Assembly (NCBI GenBank): GCA_905215035.1
Contig: CAJMOJ010000002.1
Span: 4,077 to 68,076 of the forward strand
Reading direction: 5' to 3'
Source of the DNA: an uncultured bacterium
GTDB lineage: Bacteria; Actinomycetota; Coriobacteriia; Coriobacteriales; Eggerthellaceae
Length of the DNA: 64,000 bases
Position 1 is the stretch's first letter, and each line of letters begins with the position of its first letter. Below the pieces are notes generated by a model, which made no database searches, had not been told where the DNA came from, and saw only the letters and a list, made by a program, of their open reading frames with translations. Shown here one piece after another: positions 9,183-18,055 of the stretch. A program made the translations under genes and the position numbers.

Positions 9183-10487
9183 TTAAACGTCCCCAACAAC
9201 ACGTACCTGCGCACGTGCTTTTCCTGAACGCTTTGCGTCATAGAGCACCGAGTCAGTTAGTTCATACAGCTCTTCAAACGTGAGAGAAGAATCCAAGCAG
9301 CATACTGCACCAATACTTAACGTAGGGGTAGGATGCTGAGCGCTTATTTTCTTCTCTGTATCCTGCTCACGCTGTGTTGCAAAAGGACCGCGTTGCAAAT
9401 GAGCTAGAATACGCTCCAAAGCAGGACCAGGTGTTAATCCCGTTGCAAAAATGGCAAACTCATCGCCACCCATACGCGCAACGATATCTTCTTTACGCAT
9501 GACCTTCATGAAAAAAGCACCCAGTTCTTTTAATACGCGATCGCCCTCAGGATGCCCATACGTATCATTAATGGATTTAAAATCATCCACATCAATACAG
9601 AAAAAGGTGTACGGATGATCTTCTGTATTTAATAACGTAGTAATTTTATCTAAAGCAGCGCTTCGGTTATAAAGACCTGTAAGGCTATCGTGCTCTGCTT
9701 TTTTACGAAACTGGCTTTCACGCAAAGCCATAGTGTGAGTATCTAATAGACGTCCTACATGACGCACCGCATTATTGTCTTTATCATACAGCACCACCGA
9801 TTGATAGCGATACCAGATAGGATCGCCTGCAGAATTAGGAGTTGATGTCTCAAAGTCAACCAGAGACTCATCGCTAATTTTTTCTATAAGCGCATTGAGA
9901 TCATGCGTTGTAATATCCAAGACACACTCACGATTACAACGTCTTTTAACAACAAAATCTTCTTGCCGTGGCTCTCGCTCAAAACGATCTTGGAAGTCGC
10001 CATATACGTGAGCCTCTCCCGTGGCACATTCAATATCAAAAATAATGTCATTTGAAAGTGCTGTTAAAATTTCAAGACGCTCATTAGCACGTTCTAATTC
10101 ATGACGTGTCTGTATCATCTCGGTGATATCAATCAGCGTAACATAAAACCACTTCTTGCCCGATGCGTCTTGTACCAGATGCCCGCGATCATCAACCCAA
10201 CGAATTTCGCCATCAGCACATTGGATACGATATACAACGTGATCTTTGTCGCCCGTACGCACCTGCTCATAGATCTCTTGATCAATACGGGCATAGTCGG
10301 CCGGATACACCATGCCAGAGAACGTGTATCCGGTAAGCTGCTTAAACTGATCACGTGTTTCGCATTTATAAAGTTCAAGCAGGCCCTTATTTACATAGTC
10401 GAGCTCATCAGAGCCCTCAGCCGGATAGCGGAACAAACCACACGGCATTTGATCTAAAAAAGCTTTGGCATCAGCAAACGAATCCAT
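9183..10487 (-). CDS. PAS-domain diguanylate cyclase
   Basis: PAS/PAC (GMVYPAD, RWVDDRG), HDSLTGLYNR, DVDDFKSINDTYGH, RKED I-site, GGDEF. Confidence 0.95.
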   Translation of the reverse strand: MDSFADAKAFLDQMPCGLFRYPAEGSDELDYVNKGLLELYKCETRDQFKQLTGYTFSGMVYPADYARIDQEIYEQVRTGDKDHVVYRIQCADGEIRWVDDRGHLVQDASGKKWFYVTLIDITEMIQTRHELERANERLEILTALSNDIIFDIECATGEAHVYGDFQDRFEREPRQEDFVVKRRCNRECVLDITTHDLNALIEKISDESLVDFETSTPNSAGDPIWYRYQSVVLYDKDNNAVRHVGRLLDTHTMALRESQFRKKAEHDSLTGLYNRSAALDKITTLLNTEDHPYTFFCIDVDDFKSINDTYGHPEGDRVLKELGAFFMKVMRKEDIVARMGGDEFAIFATGLTPGPALERILAHLQRGPFATQREQDTEKKISAQHPTPTLSIGAVCCLDSSLTFEELYELTDSVLYDAKRSGKARAQVRVVGDV

Positions 10488-11911
10488 TACTCTTTACCAG
10501 TCCAACAATACGTGCAAACCTTTTCAGGCTCAATACCAATTGCTTCTAGCATACCCTCCAACGACTGGTAAGACAATGAATCAAAGCCCATATCTTTGCA
10601 GATCGTTTGCAAAAGACATTGGCCTCGTTGCGTATGAGCATCAGCATATTCATCCAAATGCTTTTGACCTTCATCGCCTTCAAGCTCTTGTACGACCCGG
10701 CGCGCCAAAAGATCCATCTCTGATTTATTTGACGAAAAACTCAAATACTTACAGTTAAACATTAAGGGTGGACACGCACTACGCATATGCACCTCTGCAG
10801 CACCTGATTCGTACAAGAAATCTACCGTCTCACGCAACTGCGTACCACGCACAATGGAGTCATCGACAAAAAGTAATCGCTTGTCTTTGATCAACTCAGG
10901 TACCGGTACTTGTTTCATCTTGGCCACACGATTACGCACTGCTTGGTTTCCAGGCATAAAAGAGCGCGGCCACGTTGGCGTATATTTAATAAAGGGACGC
11001 CCAAAAGGCATGCCAGATTGCGTTGCATATCCAATTGCGTGTGGAATGCCCGAATCAGGAATACCTGCAACATAATCAACTTCAGGGCAAGCGCCGCGTT
11101 CTGCTTCATCACGCGCCATAATCTCACCGTTGCGATACCGCATAACCTCAACGTTTTGACCTTCATAGTTTGAATTGGGATAGCCATAATAGACCCACAT
11201 GAAGGCGCACATTTTCATGGCATCCTGCGCAGGAGACAATACTTGAACCCGCTCAGGTGTAATGCGCACAATCTCTGCTGGACCAAGTTCATACTCATCT
11301 TGATAGCCCAACTTTTGATACGCAAATGACTCAAAGGCAACGCAGTGTCCTTCATCATCTTTACCAATCAAAACAGGAAGACGACCCAGCGTATCACGCG
11401 CTGCAATAATATCTCCTTCGCGCGTCATAATCAAAAGCGTTAGAGAACCATCAATTTGCGCTTGCGCATGTTTAATGCCTGAAACTAAATCATCTTTTTG
11501 ATTAATCAATGCTGCCACGAGCTCGGTCGCATTTACCTCACCGGAACTCATAGCCATAAACTGGTTACCATGATCAGCAAAATAATCATCAATAAGTTGA
11601 TCGGTATTGTTAATGGCACCAATAGTGGTAATAGCAAAAGTGCCTAAATGAGAGCGAACAAGTAAGGGTTGAGGATCCGAATCAGAGATGCAGCCAATAG
11701 CGCAGGTACCATGGAAGTTCTCAATATCCTTTTCAAACTTAGTACGAAACGGGGTATTTTCAATCGAGTGAATCTGTCGCTGAAAACCAGTTTCTTTATC
11801 AAGTACGATCATACCCGCACGGCGTGTTCCCAAATGAGAGTGGTAGTCCACACCAAAAAAGACATCTAATACTACATCGCGCTCAGAAACTGCGCCAAAA
11901 AAGCCGCCCAC
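10487..11911 (-). CDS. purF: Amidophosphoribosyltransferase, variant lacking Cys1
   Basis: Ntn-domain layout, PRPP loop VDDSIVRGT, C-terminal CTYCWTG; GAGGAGG RBS before GTG. Confidence 0.9.
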   Translation of the reverse strand: MGGFFGAVSERDVVLDVFFGVDYHSHLGTRRAGMIVLDKETGFQRQIHSIENTPFRTKFEKDIENFHGTCAIGCISDSDPQPLLVRSHLGTFAITTIGAINNTDQLIDDYFADHGNQFMAMSSGEVNATELVAALINQKDDLVSGIKHAQAQIDGSLTLLIMTREGDIIAARDTLGRLPVLIGKDDEGHCVAFESFAYQKLGYQDEYELGPAEIVRITPERVQVLSPAQDAMKMCAFMWVYYGYPNSNYEGQNVEVMRYRNGEIMARDEAERGACPEVDYVAGIPDSGIPHAIGYATQSGMPFGRPFIKYTPTWPRSFMPGNQAVRNRVAKMKQVPVPELIKDKRLLFVDDSIVRGTQLRETVDFLYESGAAEVHMRSACPPLMFNCKYLSFSSNKSEMDLLARRVVQELEGDEGQKHLDEYADAHTQRGQCLLQTICKDMGFDSLSYQSLEGMLEAIGIEPEKVCTYCWTGKE

Positions 11912-12133
11912 AAAGGCCTCCTCAAATAGAGTGTTTAGATATTACGTAATATACAAAGTAATCAGCATATTTGAAACCATTATTAGGGGGGTTGGCGCTT
12001 TTCTACTACAATACGACGTACACTAATCAAAAAACATCCACAATTCTTTTGTATGATGGTTCGCTCTTGTCTCCACAAGAAATCAGAACAATCACTGACA
12101 AAAGATGAAGAACAACACTACGAAGGACACACC

Positions 12134-12742
12134 ATGAACATTGCGGTGTATTGCGGGTCAAATCCCGGAGATAATGCAGATTACGCCCATGCAGCACAAG
12201 AACTGGGAACGTGGATAGGAACGCATGGCAACACGCTTGTGTATGGCGGAAGCTCGGTAGGGCTCATGGGTATTGTGTCTATGGCCTGCCTCGAAGCAGG
12301 AGGAGAAGTCCGCGGTGTTGAACCACAATTCTTTATTGATGCTGGTGTTGCTCAACATAATTTAACTGAGCTTTATGTTGTAGAAACTATGAGCGAGCGC
12401 AAGGCAAAGATGATCGAACTTGCAGATGTCTTTGTAGCACTTCCAGGAGGCGTGGGCACCCTCGAAGAGATTTCAGAGATTATGTCACGTATCCGCCTCA
12501 ATATGACTGAAGGTCCCTGCTTTCTCCTCAACATCGATCATTTTTATGATGGTCTTGCCCTCTTGCTTGATGCCATGGTGGAATCTAATTTCATGGAACA
12601 ATCAGACCGTGACCAAATTCTTTTCCCTACCTCCATTCAAGCACTCCTTGCAGACCTTTTCACACTTCAGGATAATCCTCCCGCTAAAGATAACCCCCCT
12701 TGTGTTCCAGAAAGCAATATGCGTGCTCCTTTACGTGGTTAA
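12134..12742 (+). CDS. LOG-family (TIGR00730-type) nucleotide monophosphate nucleosidase
   Basis: IAVYCGS, LVYGG, GLMG, ERKAKM, ALPGGVGTLEE; start reassigned to ATG 12134. Confidence 0.92.
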   Translation: MNIAVYCGSNPGDNADYAHAAQELGTWIGTHGNTLVYGGSSVGLMGIVSMACLEAGGEVRGVEPQFFIDAGVAQHNLTELYVVETMSERKAKMIELADVFVALPGGVGTLEEISEIMSRIRLNMTEGPCFLLNIDHFYDGLALLLDAMVESNFMEQSDRDQILFPTSIQALLADLFTLQDNPPAKDNPPCVPESNMRAPLRG

Positions 12743-12958
12743 AAACCCTGCATAATTAGTGATTTATTAACAAACCACTACCCTAAACGCCTCACAAACT
12801 CGTACAATACCAACTAAGTCCGAAATTGCACATACACACCAATTAGCTTCCTCGCACGAGGGCTATCTGCACTTATACTGTCTAGCTCATCGGTAGAACA
12901 TTCATTTTGCTGATGTCTTGTAAAGACAGAACAGGTGCCAAGCTCAAGGGGTTACCGA

Positions 12959-15900
12959 ATGTATACAGCAACTATCTGGGTTAGGGCATTTAACTTCACT
13001 GATGAGGCACTTCATACGCTGCAAGCCTGTGCACCATCTGAAACTTTCGCGCAACATATTATTGCCAGCTCACTCGATGAGCTCTCTACGTTTACCCTAG
13101 AGCACAATCCCACCACGTTATTACTCGTGCGACTCGCTACCCACGATGACATTACGGCGTTTTTGAAAGCTGCTCCTACCTTGCTTTCGCAAACGCAATG
13201 TTTCATCGATACCCATTTTTTAGCACCACACAATTTAGGTATTCATGAAACCGACTGCACAAAGAGCAATAGCGTCACAAACGGAGAAAGAGGTGGAGAG
13301 GTAAATAAGAATAGTAGCGCGCTAGACCTACCCTCTCCTTTTGTTGACATTCCTACCATCACGCAAAGCGCCGACGTTATTGTATGCATTGATCATGAGT
13401 ATCTCGCTGAACTTTCTCCTCTATTTAATGAGCTCTACGATATCTGGATTAACCCGATTTCCCTTGATGAACTCACCTATCGCTTCACCCATTGGCAACA
13501 GCGCTACAAAGCACGAATGGATGCGTGGGAAACCGACCAATATCTAGATGCCACTATCAATTCCATTCCCTCTCTCGTGTGGTATAAAACACGCGATGGG
13601 GTTCACGAAAAAGTTAATGATAGTTTCTGTGAAACCGTTAACAAGCAAAAAAGTGATGTTCAAGGCCAACGACACGCCTACATCTGGGATGTTGAAACCG
13701 ATGATCCTGCCTGCATCGAGTCAGAAGCGCTGGTTATGTCGACGCGCAAAACATGCATGTCAGAAGAAGTCGTGCAAACTGGCACGAATGACACACGATT
13801 GCTCACAACGTACAAATCACCTCTCTACAACCCTGACGGTTCAGTTATGGGTACGGTAGGTGTGGCCATCGATATCACACAAGAGCGTGCCTACGAGCGT
13901 AATCTCATTGAAAATTCCGAAACACTTGAAACCATTTTTACATCGCTTGATTGCGGTGTTATCACTCACAGTCTTGATGGATCTCATATTTACAGCATTA
14001 ACCAAGCTGCTCTGGATATTCTGGGATACGAATCAAAAGAAGACCTAACCACACAAGGATTTGATATGGTTGCGCCTTCTGTTGTTGAAGAAGATCGTCC
14101 ATTAATCAGAGAGCGTATTGCAACGCTTAAGCATATTGGGGATAGCGTTCCTGTTGAATACCGCATCAATGGCAAAGAAGGCGATATTATCCATGTAATG
14201 GGAAATATCAAACTTATTGAGACCAATGGTGTTCTTCAATATCGTCGTTTCTTGCTTGATATTACTGAACAAAAGAAAGAAGAAGCACAAAATGAACGAC
14301 GTCAGTCTGCTCTTATTCAAGCCCTGGCAGAAAACTACTTTTTAGTATGCACCTTCTGCATGGATACACAGACGGGCGAAGTTGTCAGAGTCGTCGATGA
14401 GGGTCTTGAATACACCCTCGATCCTCTCTTTAGTGCAACGCTCGATCAAGAAACTATTTCTTATGAAAGCACCCTTGATCACTATATTACCGCTCATGTC
14501 TATCACGAGGATCAAGAGATGCTCCGCAAGGCGCTTTCACGGGAAAATGTCCTAGAGCAACTGAGCAAACAAACACGATTTGAAACGCTCTATCGCACAC
14601 AAACTGACGATACGTTGGAATACCGTCAAGCCACCATTGTACGTGCAGGAACTTGGGATGATGGACGCGACATTGTATTGGGTCTGCGCAATATTGATGT
14701 TCGTATTCGTGAAGAACTTGAGCAAAAAAGACTCCTTAAAGAAGCACTTGTTCAGGCCAACAAAGCCAGCCAAGCAAAATCAACCTTCCTCACCAATATG
14801 AGTCACGATATTCGTACCCCTATGAATGCTATTGTCGGCTTTACCGCGCTTGCCAATATTCATATTAAAGACGAAGCACGTGTTTTAGAGTATCTCGATA
14901 AAATTCAGGTATCCAGCAACCATCTCTTAAGCCTCATTAACGATATCCTCGATATGAGCCGCATCGAATCAGGCAAAACAACGCTTGAAGAAAAGCCCTG
15001 TAATATTGCAAAACTACTTAAGGGGCTCAAAAATCTACTTCAACCTGAAGCAGACGCAAAACATCTTACGCTCTCCATTAATACAAACAATTTCTCACAT
15101 GAAACCGTTCTTTGCGATGAGCTTAAATTCAATCAAGTATTGCTTAATTTATTGGGTAACGCACTCAAGTTTACGAACGCAGGAGGAACCGTTTGCGTCA
15201 ATGCCCAAGAAATCCCTTGCATCCAGCCCGAGTTCAAACAGTATCGCATTGATGTCACTGATACCGGCATTGGCATGAGCCCCGAATTTGTCGATCATAT
15301 TTTTGATCCTTTTGAGCGTGAGCGAACTTCGACAATTAGCGGTGTACAAGGCACTGGTCTTGGTATGGCTATTACCAAAAACTTAGTCGAGATGATGAAT
15401 GGAACTATTTCAGTCACGAGTCAAAAGAATGTGGGGTCCACTTTTACCGTTACTTTCACGTTCCCCGTATCAACTGAGCAGGTCGAAGCCGATCAACCAC
15501 ACCCAACCACGAGCAATCAAGCACCATCTCGTTTTAGAGGCTGTCGCTTATTACTTGTTGATGACAATGATTTGAATCGCGAAATTGCGGCAACCCTTTT
15601 GGAAGACGCCGGTTTTATTGTAGAAATTGCTCACGATGGACAAGAGTCACTTGAAAAACTTCTTGAAGCTGACCCGCGCTACTACAAAGCCGTCCTTATG
15701 GATATCCAAATGCCTGTCATGAATGGATATGAAGCAGCGCAGGCAATCAGGGCTTTTGATGATCCTGTACGTGCGGCAATCCCTATTTTGGCCGTTTCTG
15801 CTGATGCGTTTGAAGAAGACCGTCAAAAAGCATTGCGCGCTGGCATGAATGGACACTTACATAAACCCATCGACATAGATTTATTATTCCAAACACTTGA

Positions 15901-15961
15901 GCACTTGCTCACTGAAAACCATACTGACGACAAAAACCATACTGACGACAAGCAAGAATAG
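12959..15961 (+). CDS. Cytoplasmic multi-PAS hybrid sensor histidine kinase
   Basis: MSHDIRTPMN H-box, NLLGNALKFT, DTGIGM, GTGLG, C-terminal receiver (VDD, MDIQMP, K); start uncertain (12935 or 12959). Confidence 0.95.
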   Translation: MYTATIWVRAFNFTDEALHTLQACAPSETFAQHIIASSLDELSTFTLEHNPTTLLLVRLATHDDITAFLKAAPTLLSQTQCFIDTHFLAPHNLGIHETDCTKSNSVTNGERGGEVNKNSSALDLPSPFVDIPTITQSADVIVCIDHEYLAELSPLFNELYDIWINPISLDELTYRFTHWQQRYKARMDAWETDQYLDATINSIPSLVWYKTRDGVHEKVNDSFCETVNKQKSDVQGQRHAYIWDVETDDPACIESEALVMSTRKTCMSEEVVQTGTNDTRLLTTYKSPLYNPDGSVMGTVGVAIDITQERAYERNLIENSETLETIFTSLDCGVITHSLDGSHIYSINQAALDILGYESKEDLTTQGFDMVAPSVVEEDRPLIRERIATLKHIGDSVPVEYRINGKEGDIIHVMGNIKLIETNGVLQYRRFLLDITEQKKEEAQNERRQSALIQALAENYFLVCTFCMDTQTGEVVRVVDEGLEYTLDPLFSATLDQETISYESTLDHYITAHVYHEDQEMLRKALSRENVLEQLSKQTRFETLYRTQTDDTLEYRQATIVRAGTWDDGRDIVLGLRNIDVRIREELEQKRLLKEALVQANKASQAKSTFLTNMSHDIRTPMNAIVGFTALANIHIKDEARVLEYLDKIQVSSNHLLSLINDILDMSRIESGKTTLEEKPCNIAKLLKGLKNLLQPEADAKHLTLSINTNNFSHETVLCDELKFNQVLLNLLGNALKFTNAGGTVCVNAQEIPCIQPEFKQYRIDVTDTGIGMSPEFVDHIFDPFERERTSTISGVQGTGLGMAITKNLVEMMNGTISVTSQKNVGSTFTVTFTFPVSTEQVEADQPHPTTSNQAPSRFRGCRLLLVDDNDLNREIAATLLEDAGFIVEIAHDGQESLEKLLEADPRYYKAVLMDIQMPVMNGYEAAQAIRAFDDPVRAAIPILAVSADAFEEDRQKALRAGMNGHLHKPIDIDLLFQTLEHLLTENHTDDKNHTDDKQE

Positions 15962-16022
15962 TATGGACCCCCATAACCATGGGCCCCATAACCATGAGAC
16001 TCATAGCTATGAGACCCATGAG
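15915..16022. repeat. Exact 18-bp duplication followed by about four degenerate 15-16 bp units
   Basis: AAAACCATACTGACGACA x2 (encodes NHTDDK x2), then ATGG(A/G)CCCCCATAACC-like units. Confidence 0.75.
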
Positions 16023-16023
16023 A

Positions 16024-16731
16024 TTAGTTATTTGAAAGAGCAGGCTCTACTTGGCCTGTGATCCATTCATCAACATCATCTTGTGTGGCCGATGAAGAAA
16101 AACGCACTCCATCAAGCCAGGTTCCGGTCTGATTAAGAGCATGCAAGTTTTGCGCGCTTGAACCAAGGGGTGAAGAGGCTGACGTACAGAATGGAATAAC
16201 CGTTTTGCCTGAAAAATCATTGTCCACTACAAAAGAATCAACAGGCCAAGCTGCTTGACCCCACCAAAGAGGATATCCAATAAAGACCGTTTCATACTGG
16301 TCAAAGTTCTCAGGCGTTGTTGTTGCAAGCGCTACGTCTTGGAGTTCTGGAGCTTCATGTTCTTTTACCACACGACTTTGTTCATCGTTGTAATTTAAGT
16401 CATCCTGCGAATAAGGCTCTACGGGGACAATCTCAAACAAATCCGCATCCAGATGTGCGGCGATCTTTTCCGCCACTGCTTGCGTACTACCCGTTGCTGA
16501 ATAGTAAGCAACTAACACGGTCTTAGGTGTATTAGCAGACGCCTCATCGCCTTGCTGTTCTGACGGCTGAGAAGAACAACCCACAAGCAATACTCCCACA
16601 ACCATCAAAAGACTAGCCATCAACACTGCCGCCAGAATTGTTCTTTGAATACGTGCCGAAGCCCGGTGCGTTTGAAGCATCTGCATACGTGCACCTCTCC
16701 CCTCTTCTCGTCGTTCCTGCCTACTATGCAT
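16024..16731 (-). CDS. Flavodoxin-family protein with a lipoprotein signal
   Basis: YYSATGST, GYPLWWG, FCTSASS; lipobox LVGC; true start probably downstream of 16731. Confidence 0.88.
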   Translation of the reverse strand: MHSRQERREEGRGARMQMLQTHRASARIQRTILAAVLMASLLMVVGVLLVGCSSQPSEQQGDEASANTPKTVLVAYYSATGSTQAVAEKIAAHLDADLFEIVPVEPYSQDDLNYNDEQSRVVKEHEAPELQDVALATTTPENFDQYETVFIGYPLWWGQAAWPVDSFVVDNDFSGKTVIPFCTSASSPLGSSAQNLHALNQTGTWLDGVRFSSSATQDDVDEWITGQVEPALSNN

Positions 16732-16819
16732 GACCTACTATAAATAAAAGACACAATGTCTCTTCTAAAGTATAGTAATACGATTCTTATGTGCTGTCGA
16801 CACTCTTGCGACTCGCCAC

Positions 16820-16855
16820 ATGCGCCACCTGTTATATATGTGCCACCTGTTATAT
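16820..16855. repeat. 18-bp tandem repeat in a divergent promoter region
   Basis: ATGCGCCACCTGTTATAT / ATGTGCCACCTGTTATAT. Confidence 0.8.
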
Positions 16856-16915
16856 GAGATAATACAGTCAAATACGCCATAAGGGATAATCACCCGTTAC
16901 CAAAGAAAGGCACCG

Positions 16916-17869
16916 ATGATGAAAACTATTTTTAAACGTATCGACCCCACACAATATGCCCATGCTTGGGAAGATATCCCTTATGCCCATCAGGACCCCT
17001 TACAACGCCTTCACATTTACACCCCCGGTGATGAGGGAAACTATCCTCTTCTTATGTATGTAAACGGTGGCGGTTGGGTTCAGCAACTCACGCGTCACAA
17101 TACTACCCCTGGCGTTTGTAACGCACCCTCACAAGGATATGCGCTTGCCTCTATAGGGTACCGACTTGCCCCAAAAAATACCTGGCCGGCACCACTTTAT
17201 GATGTAAAAGCTGCTATTCGGTTTTTACGCGCGCACGCAAGCGAATACGGATATAACGCAGATACACTCATCGCATGGGGAAACTCCGCAGGAGGACATC
17301 TTATTAGTATGTGCGCCGCCACTAACAACCTGCCTGCTTTTGAGGATCTCACTATGGGTAATGCTGACCAGAGTAGTGCACTTCAGGGAGTTATTCTTTT
17401 TTACGCACCGAGTGATCTTTATCTCAATGAGCTCGAAACGTTTATCCCCAATACTGAGATACAGCGTATGGCCGAATCCCCTCGTGATCTTTGTGACCCG
17501 CGTCCTGGCATGGATAACTTAGGCAATATAGAACTAGGATGTCGCGCTTTCGACCATCCTGCTGTTGCAGTCCAAGCAAGCCCTATTCATTATGTTACGC
17601 CCGCTTATCCACCCGCATATTTTATACACGGCATGGCCGACCCTATTATTCCCTACACGCAATCCACGCGTATGTGGAACAAAATTCGCTTTGTTTCTGG
17701 CGATGAATCGCGTGCGCAGCTCGAGCTTTTCCCCGCTGTTGGCCATGGAGATCCCAGTATGAAAACCGATGAAGTAACCCGCCGGATGTTTGATTTTGCT
17801 GACACGATTATCTATGGATCCGTACAAGATCGAGAGCCCCTTGGCAAGGTCGCAATCCTGTCCGAATAG
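16916..17869 (+). CDS. Alpha/beta hydrolase (HSL-like esterase/lipase)
   Basis: NGGGW oxyanion loop, YRLAP, GNSAGG nucleophile elbow, HGMADP, VGHG. Confidence 0.92.
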   Translation: MMKTIFKRIDPTQYAHAWEDIPYAHQDPLQRLHIYTPGDEGNYPLLMYVNGGGWVQQLTRHNTTPGVCNAPSQGYALASIGYRLAPKNTWPAPLYDVKAAIRFLRAHASEYGYNADTLIAWGNSAGGHLISMCAATNNLPAFEDLTMGNADQSSALQGVILFYAPSDLYLNELETFIPNTEIQRMAESPRDLCDPRPGMDNLGNIELGCRAFDHPAVAVQASPIHYVTPAYPPAYFIHGMADPIIPYTQSTRMWNKIRFVSGDESRAQLELFPAVGHGDPSMKTDEVTRRMFDFADTIIYGSVQDREPLGKVAILSE

Positions 17870-17911
17870 TATCAAAACCCCTCATAGCCTTACGCCCCAA
17901 TTTTTCATAAG

Positions 17912-18047
17912 TCCCCGTAAAAAAGTAATAAACAAATAAAAATTTGCATCAAATCGTATTAAAGTAGTAACGAGTAGAAATTTACGCATTTTCTATCGGG
18001 CTTAAAACAACTCCATATCTTCTTGGTGTCCGTTCACCTTACGGGGA
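17912..18047. promoter_or_regulatory. AT-rich upstream segment bounded by inverted repeats; right arm overlaps the RBS
   Basis: TCCCCGTAA at 17912-17920 and TTACGGGGA at 18039-18047; RBS GGGGAGGT. Confidence 0.35.
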
Positions 18048-18055
18048 GGTTTGCT

